A stretch of 64,000 nt of DNA from Sedimentisphaeraceae bacterium JB056 (GCA_044440125.1 JBITAJ010000029.1:128001-192000); one strand, 5' to 3'; shown: positions 1 through 9,411, counted from the stretch's first letter. Notes: generated by a model not told the origin, from the letters alone. Numbers and translations: made by a program.

Positions 1-186
1 CGGCTGATTACCGCAGTATTGCGCATCCTGACCAAAGAAGTCTGCTTTGGAATCTGGATATTCAATTTCCGCAGTGTTAGCATAGCATCGTATCTGACCG
101 GTATCAATGATGCTGTAGTTTCCATAAGAAGTAATGCCGGTTATTAGAGATATGATTATTGTGAATTTTGTAGCAGTATTTTTCAT
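1..186 (-). CDS. DUF1566 (Lcl-type) family secreted protein, 5' part only (runs off window)
   Basis: Not in ORF track. ATG at 186-184 preceded by AGGAG. Translation MKNTATKFTIIISLITGITSYGNYSIIDTGQIRCYANTAEIEYPDSKADFFGQDAQYCGNQP shows a signal-like segment plus the DTGQ..CY...GQDAQY.GNQP motif seen in DUF1566 proteins. Confidence 0.7.
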   Translation of the reverse strand, partial: MKNTATKFTIIISLITGITSYGNYSIIDTGQIRCYANTAEIEYPDSKADFFGQDAQYCGNQP

Positions 187-377
187 TTTTATATCTCCTG
201 AACGAATCTTTTCAATATGAAATAAGGGGGTCTTATAAATATAAACGTGATTAATGCTGATTTTATTGCTAATTAATTATGAGAATTCAATATTTAGTGA
301 CACTGTGATTGGCACGATGAATTTCCAATACAATCTGTTTTTGAATTCAGAAAGTAAAAGCAAGCGATAATATAGTA

Positions 378-406
378 TTGACAAATAATAAATTGGGTAA
401 TATACT
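378..406 (+). promoter_or_regulatory. sigma70-type promoter
   Basis: TTGACA (378-383), 17 bp spacer, TATACT (401-406), upstream of ORF 470. Confidence 0.6.
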
Positions 407-469
407 TACTGGGTCTCAGGTGTGCAGAGGCTAATTTAAGATGTGTTATTGTAATGGAGTATTTTCAAG

Positions 470-1267
470 GTGTATTGCCCAAAATGTGGTACATTAAATC
501 CCGAAGGTGATTTATGCATAGTTTGCAACTGGGTTTTGCGTGATGACAGGAAATCAACGACAGTTGAGGTTCCCGCCGCAGAATCCTGTGGTCTTGCAAC
601 TGCATCTAAGGTTCTTGGAATCCTTGGTTTCTTCACCTTAGGACTCACATTTCTCCCGGCCTTTATATGTGGAATGCTCGCCATACTCAAGATTGAGCGC
701 AGCTCCGATTGTCTTAAAGGTAAGGGCAATGCTATATTCGGGATGTTCTCAATTTATTTAGCTACGCCCGTAATTGCTTTATTAATAATGGTTGGTGCAG
801 TTGTGATGCCTTTTAGCAGGGGGTTTCAGGTTGATGGCAAGAAAATGATATGCCAGGCGCATCTGAAGGATTTTAATTCTGCAATTGAGATTTATGTTAA
901 GAATAACCACGGCAGATTGCCGCAGGCATATAAATGGTGCGACCAGCTTATGGAAATCAGCGATCTCAATGCACTGGACTTCAAGTGTTTCTCCTTTAAA
1001 GATGGCGGAGGCGGCTATGCGATGAATATAGATGCTGCCGGTAAAAAGCTGTCAACACTTCCAGGTAAAATGGTTCTCGTATTTGAAGGCGAGCAAAGCT
1101 GGAATAATTACGGCGGTGTTGACTACGTAAATCTCAAAAGCCATAACATGGAAGGTTGTAATATATTATATTGTGACGGTACTGTTGAGTTTGTGGCAGC
1201 AGAAAATATACAGCAGCTCATATGGGAAGAGCCCGAAGACACGGAGGATCCGGATGCTGAAAACTGA
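470..1267 (+). CDS. Zn-ribbon / DUF4190-like membrane protein with C-terminal H-X9-DG motif
   Basis: N-terminal CPKC..CIVC; TM hairpin 'LATASKVLGILG...G.GNAIFG'; 'C..HLK.F..AI..Y' helix; C-terminal HNMEGCNILYCDGTV. Confidence 0.7.
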   Translation: MYCPKCGTLNPEGDLCIVCNWVLRDDRKSTTVEVPAAESCGLATASKVLGILGFFTLGLTFLPAFICGMLAILKIERSSDCLKGKGNAIFGMFSIYLATPVIALLIMVGAVVMPFSRGFQVDGKKMICQAHLKDFNSAIEIYVKNNHGRLPQAYKWCDQLMEISDLNALDFKCFSFKDGGGGYAMNIDAAGKKLSTLPGKMVLVFEGEQSWNNYGGVDYVNLKSHNMEGCNILYCDGTVEFVAAENIQQLIWEEPEDTEDPDAEN

Positions 1268-2021
1268 TAAATATCTGAATTATTACGACATTATAGCTTA
1301 TTCATGGAAGAGGGTCATAGATAATATAGGGCTTTTTATGGGTATAAGCCTGATATATATATTAGGCTTGATATTTTTCGCTGTTACTCAGTATTTTGCT
1401 CAGAATGTCATGCCAGCGGCCTATGGCAGAGGACCGGCAGCACTCACCAATCTCATATTAAGTATAGTAAGCAACATATGGTCAATAGTAATAAGTGTAG
1501 GTTTTATTAGAATCATCTTCTTGCTGATTGACGGATACAGATCGCCCATAAGCCTGCTTTTTAGTGCCGGGGGGTGCTTCTGGCGGTATATAGCAGTGAC
1601 TTTCCTTTACGGCATGATAACCATGGTAGGTTTTTTCTTACTTGTGATTCCTGGTATGATATGGATGGTAAAGTTCCATCTTTGCATCTTTTTTGTCGTT
1701 GATAAAGGCTTAGGCCCTATAGACGCGTTAAAGGCCAGTTCCAGAGCAACCGCGTATATGAAATGGCACTGGTTTGGACTGATGGGTTTTGCAGGTCTTA
1801 TTATGATTGCCGGTGTAATGTGTCTGGGAATAGGTGCGTTTGTTTCATATCCGATGGGTTTCATGATGATGGCGCTTGGTTACAGGCAGCTTGCGGCTCA
1901 AACTCCTGATTTGGAGGAATTGGGAGTGCATACTATGTTTAACCGCCCACCGCAGCCCCAGCCACCGCAGCAGCCTGCCCAACAGTCATTTTATCCTGAT
2001 CAGGATTCTTTCTTTATATAA
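1254..2021 (+). CDS. Integral membrane protein (DUF975-like)
   Basis: Several TM segments, 'GFFLLVIPGMIW...DKGLGPIDALKAS' pattern, P/Q-rich tail. Start moved to ATG 1254 (GGAGG upstream), overlapping the previous stop. Confidence 0.65.
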   Translation: MLKTDKYLNYYDIIAYSWKRVIDNIGLFMGISLIYILGLIFFAVTQYFAQNVMPAAYGRGPAALTNLILSIVSNIWSIVISVGFIRIIFLLIDGYRSPISLLFSAGGCFWRYIAVTFLYGMITMVGFFLLVIPGMIWMVKFHLCIFFVVDKGLGPIDALKASSRATAYMKWHWFGLMGFAGLIMIAGVMCLGIGAFVSYPMGFMMMALGYRQLAAQTPDLEELGVHTMFNRPPQPQPPQQPAQQSFYPDQDSFFI

Positions 2022-2299
2022 GGATGAGAAGCAGAAAGAATGCAGGCCTGTCTCATTGACAACTGTTCAGAATCCCAAATTTTATCACCTCAATGAGATT
2101 TATCGACACCATATGCATAAATATAAGTTTAATTTGATATTAAGCTTGTATTACTGTGTTAAATTCGTACAATATGCCGCTCGTTGACAGTTATGAGAAC
2201 TTGTTCTCGGTCTAAATATCTTCTTATAAGGTATTTAAACAGTACTGTTTGTGAAAAGAGAGAATAAACACTTAATTTTTTAAAAGTCAGGTTTTAAAC

Positions 2300-2328
2300 T
2301 TGACAATAATGTAAGGTGTTGATATATT
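2300..2328 (+). promoter_or_regulatory. Promoter of S10 operon
   Basis: TTGACA (2300-2305), 17 bp spacer, TATATT (2323-2328), ~270 bp upstream of rpsJ. Confidence 0.6.
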
Positions 2329-2597
2329 CTTCTCTCTTCATAGCCGAAGCGAGCATAGGATTAGTGTCCAATGCGTTTCGAGTGGGGCTTAAAACTACAT
2401 TTAAAGCCAGTTCATTCTTGAACTTATGCACTGTTCAGTGCATAACACACGAAAAATCGCCCCGGATATGTATCGAAACTGATAGTGTATGTTAGTTATT
2501 TTTTTCGATTTAAGAGTTTTATTTTCAAGTACGCTTAATTTGTAGGCATACTTTGGATATTTGTAAAAGCTGACGCTTAGAGCTTAAGGAAACAATA

Positions 2598-2912
2598 ATG
2601 GCAGCTGAAATGGAAAAAATCAGAATACGGATGGAAGCCTACGATCATAAGGCTCTCGACAACTCTGCTAAAGAGATAGTCGAGCAGGCACGCAGGACCA
2701 ATGCGAGAGTTAGTGGTCCGGTACCTTTGCCTACACGCATCGAGCGTTATACAGTGCTTCGTAGTCCTCACGTAAACAAGAAATCTCGTGAGCAGTTTGA
2801 GATCAGAACACATAAGCGTTTGATCGATATTTACGAGGCAAACAGTAGGACAGTAGAAGCCCTTAACAGGCTCGTGGTACCCGCAGGCGTTTTTGTGAAA
2901 ATCAAAGCCTAA
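2598..2912 (+). CDS. rpsJ: 30S ribosomal protein S10 (uS10)
   Basis: [11 protein letters not shown]...GPVPLPT...[24 protein letters not shown]. Confidence 0.99.
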   Translation: MAAEMEKIRIRMEAYDHKALDNSAKEIVEQARRTNARVSGPVPLPTRIERYTVLRSPHVNKKSREQFEIRTHKRLIDIYEANSRTVEALNRLVVPAGVFVKIKA

Positions 2913-2974
2913 CGGTAATTGGATAGATACGATTTTGGTAACATTTAAGTAGCTGAACAAAAGAGGCAAAACTT

Positions 2975-3625
2975 ATGGCAATGTTGCTTGGCAAAAAAAT
3001 AGGCATGACCCAGATATATGATGAGCAGGGAAAGATCTGCTCTGTAAGTGTAATACAGGCTGGGCCATGTACAGTTACACAGATAAAAACAAAAGACACA
3101 GACGGATACAGTGCTGTCCAGATGGGTTATGGAGACGTAAAGGCTTCACGACGTAAAAAACCTGCAGTTGGCCACTTTAAGAAGGCTAACACAGACCCTA
3201 AGCATTTCATTCGCGAATTGAGAGTCCAAGATGATTCTCAAGTGGCATATGAGCTTGGTCAGCAGCTTGACGTAGAAGTTTTTGAAGAAGTAAATTACGT
3301 TGATATCGTTGGTACGAGCAAAGGTAAAGGCTTTGCCGGTGGTATGAAACGTCACGGTTTTGGTGGTTTCCCAGCATCTCACGGTTGTGAGAGGAAACAC
3401 AGGGCCCCAGGTTCTATCTCAAGTTATGCCAGTGACGCAGGTCATGGTGGTAACGTTAAAAAGGGTAAGAGAATGGCCGGTCATATGGGTAACGTTCGTG
3501 TTACTACCAAGAACCACAAGCTTATGTCTATAAATAAGGATAAGAACATCATCGTTGTTAAGGGTGCGGTAGCGGGTCCTTCAGGCGGGTATGTTGTTAT
3601 CAAGACTGCCAAAACTAAGAAGTAA
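2975..3625 (+). CDS. rplC: 50S ribosomal protein L3
   Basis: LLGKKIGMTQ...SKGKGFAGGMKRHGF...HRAPGSI...GKRMAGHMG. Confidence 0.99.
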   Translation: MAMLLGKKIGMTQIYDEQGKICSVSVIQAGPCTVTQIKTKDTDGYSAVQMGYGDVKASRRKKPAVGHFKKANTDPKHFIRELRVQDDSQVAYELGQQLDVEVFEEVNYVDIVGTSKGKGFAGGMKRHGFGGFPASHGCERKHRAPGSISSYASDAGHGGNVKKGKRMAGHMGNVRVTTKNHKLMSINKDKNIIVVKGAVAGPSGGYVVIKTAKTKK

Positions 3626-3642
3626 GAGCAGGGAACAATAAT

Positions 3643-4269
3643 ATGATAGATGTTACTGTATATAATAAAGAAGGTAAAGAGCTGGAAACCATTTCAGTTG
3701 ATGAGAATCTTTTCGGTGAAAAGATCCGTCACGATCTGCTCAAGCAGGCTATCGTAATGTACCATGCTAATAAGCGTGTTGGTACAGCGGCGACTAAGAG
3801 TCGCGGTATGGTTGCCGGTTCTACAAGAAAACTTTTCCGCCAGAAGGGTACAGGTAATGCTCGTGTAGGTAATGCAAGAACCGGTAAACGTGTCGGTGGT
3901 GGTGTTACTTTCGCTAAGGTAGCACGCGACTTCGGCAAAGATATGCCTAAGAAGCAAAAACGCCTCGCTTGCGACAGTGCTTTACTTGCTAAGCTCCAGA
4001 GCGGATCAGTGATAGTCGTTGATGAGCTTGATTTTTCAGCTCCTAAGACTAAAGAGATGGTAAGTGTCCTGAACAATTTGAAGATTGATCGCAGTTGTCT
4101 TGTTACAGTTGCTAATCAGGATGTTAATATATACAAATCGACGCGTAACATTCAAAAAGTTGATGTTATGGTAGTTGGCGACCTCAATGCCGGTATGATC
4201 TGCAATAAGCAGAAAATACTGTTTACAAAAGAGGCTTTCAACAATCTGCTCGCGTCGAAGAGTGCTTAA
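3643..4269 (+). CDS. rplD: 50S ribosomal protein L4
   Basis: GTAATKSRGMVAGSTRKLFRQKGTGNARVG. Confidence 0.99.
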   Translation: MIDVTVYNKEGKELETISVDENLFGEKIRHDLLKQAIVMYHANKRVGTAATKSRGMVAGSTRKLFRQKGTGNARVGNARTGKRVGGGVTFAKVARDFGKDMPKKQKRLACDSALLAKLQSGSVIVVDELDFSAPKTKEMVSVLNNLKIDRSCLVTVANQDVNIYKSTRNIQKVDVMVVGDLNAGMICNKQKILFTKEAFNNLLASKSA

Positions 4270-4302
4270 TGATTGATAACACATAGCTGATAAGGTGTTC
4301 AA

Positions 4303-4581
4303 GTGGATAGTTGTAATATAATCATAAGGCCGATAATCACAGAACAAAGTATGCATTTTGCTAATACTCAAAACGCTTATGCGTTCAAGGTAAACAAAGG
4401 TGCTAACAAGTTCCAGATTAAGAAGGCAATTGAAGATCTTTATGAAGTAAAGGTCTCTGATGTTCGCACTATGAATCGTATCGGTAAAGAGCGTAGACGC
4501 GGCCGTAACATAGGCAGGACTTCAAGCTGGAAGAAGGCGATTGTCGTACTGAACGAAAAATACAAAATTGACCTTTTCTAA
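4303..4581 (+). CDS. rplW: 50S ribosomal protein L23
   Basis: IIRPIITEQS...ANKFQIKKAIE...WKKAIV; GTG start. Confidence 0.98.
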   Translation: MDSCNIIIRPIITEQSMHFANTQNAYAFKVNKGANKFQIKKAIEDLYEVKVSDVRTMNRIGKERRRGRNIGRTSSWKKAIVVLNEKYKIDLF

Positions 4582-4601
4582 GATAACTTACAGGCAATAC
4601 T

Positions 4602-5456
4602 ATGGCGATTAAAGTATATAAACCGACAAGCCCGGGCAGACGTAATGGCTCAGTAATTGATTACAAGGCCGTTCTTACGACTGATAAGCCGGAGAAAACA
4701 CTCTGTAAGAGGATTAAGAAGACCGGCGGTCGTAACCATCACGGTAGAACGACTGTTCGCTTTAGAGGCGGTGGTGCAAGACGTATCTATCGTTTGATTG
4801 ATTTCAAACGTAATAAAGATAACGTTGCAGCAACGGTTCAAACAATTGAATATGATCCTAACCGTAACTGTTTCATCTCTCTTATAGAGTATGCAGACGG
4901 TGAGAAGAGATATATTCTCGCTCCTGAAGGACTTAAAGTAGGTGCAACTGTAGTTAGCGGTGCAAGCTGTGAGCCGGTTGTGGGCAATTCTATGCCTTTA
5001 TCTGCAATTCCTGTGGGTGTTGAGGTTCACAATATAGAAATGAACGCCGGTCAGGGCGGCAAGCTGGTACGTAGTGCCGGCGGTGTAGCACGTCTTATGG
5101 CCAGAGAAGGCGGCTGGGCGACAATAATTCTCCCCAGTGGTGAGATGAGAATGGTTAGAGTTGAGTGCCGTGCGACTATCGGACAGTTGAGCAACTCTGA
5201 CTTCCAGAATGTCAGCATCGGTAAGGCCGGTCGTAAACGTCATATGGGTCGTAAGCCTCACGTTCGCGGTAAGGCTATGAACCCTGTTGCACACCCGATG
5301 GGTGGTGGTGAAGGACGCAGTAATGGTGGTCGTCACCCCTGTTCTCCAACAGGTAAGCCTGCTAAAGGCGGTAAGACCCGTAACAAGAGGAAGACCAGCA
5401 ACAAGCGTATTATCAGACGTCGTAAAAATAACCGCGGTCTGCAACTGGTTCTGTAA
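4602..5456 (+). CDS. rplB: 50S ribosomal protein L2
   Basis: IEYDPNR...[18 protein letters not shown]. Confidence 0.99.
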   Translation: MAIKVYKPTSPGRRNGSVIDYKAVLTTDKPEKTLCKRIKKTGGRNHHGRTTVRFRGGGARRIYRLIDFKRNKDNVAATVQTIEYDPNRNCFISLIEYADGEKRYILAPEGLKVGATVVSGASCEPVVGNSMPLSAIPVGVEVHNIEMNAGQGGKLVRSAGGVARLMAREGGWATIILPSGEMRMVRVECRATIGQLSNSDFQNVSIGKAGRKRHMGRKPHVRGKAMNPVAHPMGGGEGRSNGGRHPCSPTGKPAKGGKTRNKRKTSNKRIIRRRKNNRGLQLVL

Positions 5457-5483
5457 TTAAAGGTAGATTAAAGGATAATATAA

Positions 5484-5750
5484 ATGGGAAGATCACTTAA
5501 AAAAGGCCCATTCGTTGACGACAGTTTGCTTTCTAAGGTGGCAACGCAGTTGGAAGCCGGATCGAAAAGGCCGATAAGAACCTGGTCTCGCAGAAGTACA
5601 ATAATCCCTGAATTCGTGGGATTTACTTTCGAGGTTCATAACGGTCGTATGTTCCATAAAGTGTTCGTAACAGAAGATATGGTTGGCCACAAACTTGGTG
5701 AGTTCTCTCCAACGAGAACCTTCAAAGGTCATGCTGACAAGAAAAAATAA
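5484..5750 (+). CDS. rpsS: 30S ribosomal protein S19
   Basis: [12 protein letters not shown]...[10 protein letters not shown]...[11 protein letters not shown]. Confidence 0.99.
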   Translation: MGRSLKKGPFVDDSLLSKVATQLEAGSKRPIRTWSRRSTIIPEFVGFTFEVHNGRMFHKVFVTEDMVGHKLGEFSPTRTFKGHADKKK

Positions 5751-5787
5751 CGGCTCTTGAGTGAGACTTACATATAAGGTCTGAATT

Positions 5788-6330
5788 ATGTTAAGCAGCA
5801 AGAAGTTAAGAGAAATTTGCAAAGAAAAAAATATCGATGCACAAGAGATAGCAAGCTATCTCAAGGGCTACGATGATAAAAAGGCCCTTGCGGCAGTAAA
5901 AAATTGGATGCGTGGCCTTTACAAGCCGGCTCCTAAAAGCTCAGATGTTGAAGCTATAGCTTCTGGTCTTGGCGTAGAAGTTGCTGAGATTTCAGCATGG
6001 AAGGCTACTTATAAGTATGCTCCTTCTTCTGCACGTAAGGCTCGTCTTGTAACACAGCTGATAGCCGGACGTGAAGCTCAGGATGCACTTGATGTGTTGA
6101 AATTCACACCAAAGAGAGCTGCTGGATTTGTAAGGCAGGTTCTACAGAGTGCCATCGCAAGTGCTGATGAGGCAGAGGCCGATGTAGAGAAGCTTTACGT
6201 TATCGAAGCTCGAGTTGATGGAGCTGGAAGACGTATTGGAACTAAGGGCTGGATAGCTAAAGACAGAGGTCGTGCTCATCCAATCCGTAAAGAGGCAAGC
6301 CATATTTATGTAACAGTGGCTGAGATTTGA
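5788..6330 (+). CDS. rplV: 50S ribosomal protein L22 with N-terminal XRE/Cro-C1-type HTH-like domain
   Basis: Canonical position between rpsS and rpsC. aa ~70-180 are uL22 (SARKARLV...GRAHPIRKEASHIYVTV); aa ~5-68 follow the XRE HTH pattern. Confidence 0.95.
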   Translation: MLSSKKLREICKEKNIDAQEIASYLKGYDDKKALAAVKNWMRGLYKPAPKSSDVEAIASGLGVEVAEISAWKATYKYAPSSARKARLVTQLIAGREAQDALDVLKFTPKRAAGFVRQVLQSAIASADEAEADVEKLYVIEARVDGAGRRIGTKGWIAKDRGRAHPIRKEASHIYVTVAEI

Positions 6331-6355
6331 TGAATTTAATCACGGGAAATAACTG

Positions 6356-7090
6356 ATGGGTCAGAAGACATCACCAATTGGTTTCAGAACTGGTATCAGA
6401 CTCGACTGGCAGAGTACGTGGTTTGCTCCAAAGGCAAATTATGGCGAGTTTCTGATCGAGGATCATCGTGTCCGCAAATTTGTAAATAACAAATTTAACG
6501 AGAGCAACCCTTATGCGGCTGTCTCTAAGGTTGAAATAGCAAGGACACGTAACGAAGTTAAGGTAACTCTGCATACAGCAAGACCGGGTATGATTATCGG
6601 TCCTAAGGGAGCAGAAGTTGACAAGCTTCGTGAGCAGCTCGAAGAACTTATCGACAGAAAAGTAAACGTAAATGTCGTTGAGGTTAAAGAGCCTTCTCTT
6701 GACGCAAAGCTTGTAGCAGACAACATTGCTATGCAGCTGGGACGTCGTGCTTCATTCCGTCGTGCTATGAAGATGCAGTGCGAGAACGTAATGAGCACAG
6801 GTGCCAAGGGTGTTAAGATAATTTGCTCTGGTCGCTTGGGTGGTGCGGAAATGGCACGTAAAGAAACTCAGAAGCTCGGAAGTATTCCGCTTCAGACTAT
6901 AGATGCTAATGTAGATTACGGCACATCAACTGCTCGTACAACTTATGGTGCAATAGGCATCAAGGTATGGATCTACAAGGGTAAATTTGGTGAAGAAATT
7001 ACACCGATTGTTAAAAGTCGTGGTAAAGGTCCAAGAGGCGGCAGAAAAGGTGGTCGCGGCAAAGGACCAAGGGACGCAAAGCGTAACTAA
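6356..7090 (+). CDS. rpsC: 30S ribosomal protein S3
   Basis: MGQKTSPIGFRTG...ARPGMIIG.KG...GRLGGAEMAR; basic G/R-rich tail. Confidence 0.99.
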   Translation: MGQKTSPIGFRTGIRLDWQSTWFAPKANYGEFLIEDHRVRKFVNNKFNESNPYAAVSKVEIARTRNEVKVTLHTARPGMIIGPKGAEVDKLREQLEELIDRKVNVNVVEVKEPSLDAKLVADNIAMQLGRRASFRRAMKMQCENVMSTGAKGVKIICSGRLGGAEMARKETQKLGSIPLQTIDANVDYGTSTARTTYGAIGIKVWIYKGKFGEEITPIVKSRGKGPRGGRKGGRGKGPRDAKRN

Positions 7091-7144
7091 ATAGACCGAG
7101 AACTATACAGAAACCGATAACTGTTTTTGTGAGAGGATAATAAA

Positions 7145-7567
7145 ATGGCTTTGATGCCTAAAAGAGTAAAATACCGTAAGCAGATGAGAGGCAAGAACAC
7201 TGGTGTCGCTTCTCGCAACAACTATGTTGCTTTCGGTGAGTATGGCCTGCAGGCTTTAGAGCCTGCCTGGATAACAGCCAGACAAATCGAAGCGGGTCGT
7301 ATTGCTGCTACTCACTATATGCGTCGTCAGGGTACTATACATATTCGTATATTCCCTCATAAGTCTTATACCTCTAAGCCCCTCGAGACACGAATGGGTA
7401 AAGGTAAAGGCGAGATCGAAGGTTGGGTAGCTGTTGTAAAACCGGGTACAGTTCTTTATGAAATATCCGGTGTCAGCGAAGAAGTGGCAAAGGCGGCATT
7501 GGCCAGAATGGCCCATAAGATGCCTATCCGTTGCCGTTTAACCACTAGAAGACATTCTCTTGCATAA
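7145..7567 (+). CDS. rplP: 50S ribosomal protein L16
   Basis: [12 protein letters not shown]...RMGKGKG. Confidence 0.99.
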   Translation: MALMPKRVKYRKQMRGKNTGVASRNNYVAFGEYGLQALEPAWITARQIEAGRIAATHYMRRQGTIHIRIFPHKSYTSKPLETRMGKGKGEIEGWVAVVKPGTVLYEISGVSEEVAKAALARMAHKMPIRCRLTTRRHSLA

Positions 7568-7578
7568 GGTGGTATGAT

Positions 7579-7776
7579 ATGAAAGCTACAGAAATAAGAG
7601 AACTTAAAACTGAGGACCTTCAGGGTCGCCTGAAAGAGGCTCAGAAAAAGCTTTTTGAACTTCGTGCTCAGAAGGTAACAGAAAATCTTGAGGATAAGCA
7701 TGCGGTAAGCAAATGTCGTAAAGACATTGCAAGGCTCAAGACAATTATCAGAGAGAATGAATTGAAGGCTCAGTAA
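7579..7776 (+). CDS. rpmC: 50S ribosomal protein L29
   Basis: MKATEIREL...LFELR...RKDIARLKT; synteny. Confidence 0.98.
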   Translation: MKATEIRELKTEDLQGRLKEAQKKLFELRAQKVTENLEDKHAVSKCRKDIARLKTIIRENELKAQ

Positions 7777-8036
7777 TGGAAACTAAAACAATAAAGACAA
7801 ATCGCGGTAAGGTTGTCAGCCGCAGCGGCGATAAGAGTATCAGGGTTCAGATCGAGTATCTTGTAAAGCACCCGATGTACGGTAAGTATATCAGACGCAG
7901 GACCAAGTTTGGAGTTCATGATCCCAATAATATTGCTCAGGTTGGCGATACTGTGGATATAGTGGAATGCCGTCCGATTAGCAAGACTAAAAGCTGGCGG
8001 CTGGTAAAAATCGTGGAAAAGGCAGTTGTTAAGTAA
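7776..8036 (+). CDS. rpsQ: 30S ribosomal protein S17
   Basis: GKVVS...HPMYGK...[11 protein letters not shown]. Confidence 0.99.
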   Translation: METKTIKTNRGKVVSRSGDKSIRVQIEYLVKHPMYGKYIRRRTKFGVHDPNNIAQVGDTVDIVECRPISKTKSWRLVKIVEKAVVK

Positions 8037-8054
8037 AATACGAGGGTTATAACT

Positions 8055-8444
8055 GTGATTCAGCAGGAAACAATGTTGGAAATAGCCGACAATAGCGGCG
8101 TAAGAACTGCCCAGTGCATTAAAGTCCTTGGACGTGGTTCTTCAGGTAAAGGTAAATATACCAGACCTGCTGCAGGCGTTGGCGATGTAATTTGCGTGGC
8201 GATCAAAAAGCACTTACCGACTTGCCAGCTTGACGAAAAGAAGGTTTACCGGTGTGTGATAGTGAGAACTAAGTCACCAGTAAGACGTCCTGACGGAAGC
8301 TATGTACGTTTTGACAGCAACGCTGCTGTGATGATTGACGGCGAAGGCAATCCGATCGGTACACGTATCTTTGGCGCTGTAGCAAGAGAGCTACGTGAAA
8401 AGAATTTTATGAAAATCATTTCGCTTGCTAACGAAGTGGTCTGA
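8055..8444 (+). CDS. rplN: 50S ribosomal protein L14
   Basis: MIQQET...ADNSG...FDSNAAV...[13 protein letters not shown]. Confidence 0.99.
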   Translation: MIQQETMLEIADNSGVRTAQCIKVLGRGSSGKGKYTRPAAGVGDVICVAIKKHLPTCQLDEKKVYRCVIVRTKSPVRRPDGSYVRFDSNAAVMIDGEGNPIGTRIFGAVARELREKNFMKIISLANEVV

Positions 8445-8500
8445 TATCAGGACTATCGAAATTAATAGCGGCAGTGATATATAATTAATAGAGTAAGATT

Positions 8501-8833
8501 ATGGCAGCACGTATAAAAAAAGGCGATACAGTCGTAGTGATCACCGGCACAAATAAGGGCAAGACCGGTGAGGTACTTAGAATGGTTGAAGACGGCCAGA
8601 AGGTGATTATCACCGGAGTCAATATGGCGACAAAGCACGTCCGACCTTCCCAGAAGTATCCTCAGGGTGGTCGCATTAGTGTGGAGCAGCCCATTGATGT
8701 AAGCAATGTTATGCCCGTTAATCCTAAGACCGATAAGGGTACAAGGGTTAGATTTGAAGTTGCGAAAGACGGCAGCAAAAAGCGTGTGGCGCTTGATGGC
8801 ACAGAATTAGGCGTAGTTCGCAAGGCAAAGTAA
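8501..8833 (+). CDS. rplX: 50S ribosomal protein L24
   Basis: IKKGDTVVVITG.NKGKTGEV KOW motif. Confidence 0.99.
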   Translation: MAARIKKGDTVVVITGTNKGKTGEVLRMVEDGQKVIITGVNMATKHVRPSQKYPQGGRISVEQPIDVSNVMPVNPKTDKGTRVRFEVAKDGSKKRVALDGTELGVVRKAK

Positions 8834-8857
8834 TTTTCAAACAGTTAGGTGGCGTAA

Positions 8858-9397
8858 ATGGCGCGTTTAAAAGATCTATATAAGTCTAAAGTAGTACCTG
8901 CAATGCAGGAAAAGTATGGCTATAAGTGTCCTATGGCTATGCCTAAGCTCGAGAAGGTCGTGATTTCCATGGGTGTCGGCAAGGCTATCCAGGATAAGAA
9001 GTACCTCGAGCAGGCAACCACCGATCTTACAAAGATCTCTGGTCAGAAGCCTTTGGTATGTAAAGCCAAGATAAGTGTTTCAAACTTTAAGTTGCGTGAA
9101 GGTGAGCCTATCGGATTGAAGGTGACTCTCAGGCGTGAACGTATGTACGAGTTTATGGACAGGCTTATTAACCTTGCGATTCCGCGGGTTAAGGACTTCC
9201 GTGGGCTTAGCACAAAGAGCTGTGACGGCAGAGGTAACTACTCTGTAGGTTTCGGTGAGCAGAGTATTTTCCCTGAGGTTGATACTACTAACATTATGAA
9301 TCCGCAGGGAATGAATATAACATTCGTTACTACTGCAGATACTAACGATGAGTGTATCGAGATGTTACGTTTATTTGGAATGCCCTTTAGGAACTAA
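8858..9397 (+). CDS. rplE: 50S ribosomal protein L5
   Basis: [13 protein letters not shown]...PRVKDFRG...DGRGNY. Confidence 0.99.
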   Translation: MARLKDLYKSKVVPAMQEKYGYKCPMAMPKLEKVVISMGVGKAIQDKKYLEQATTDLTKISGQKPLVCKAKISVSNFKLREGEPIGLKVTLRRERMYEFMDRLINLAIPRVKDFRGLSTKSCDGRGNYSVGFGEQSIFPEVDTTNIMNPQGMNITFVTTADTNDECIEMLRLFGMPFRN

Positions 9398-9411
9398 AAT
9401 CGGAGTATAAG

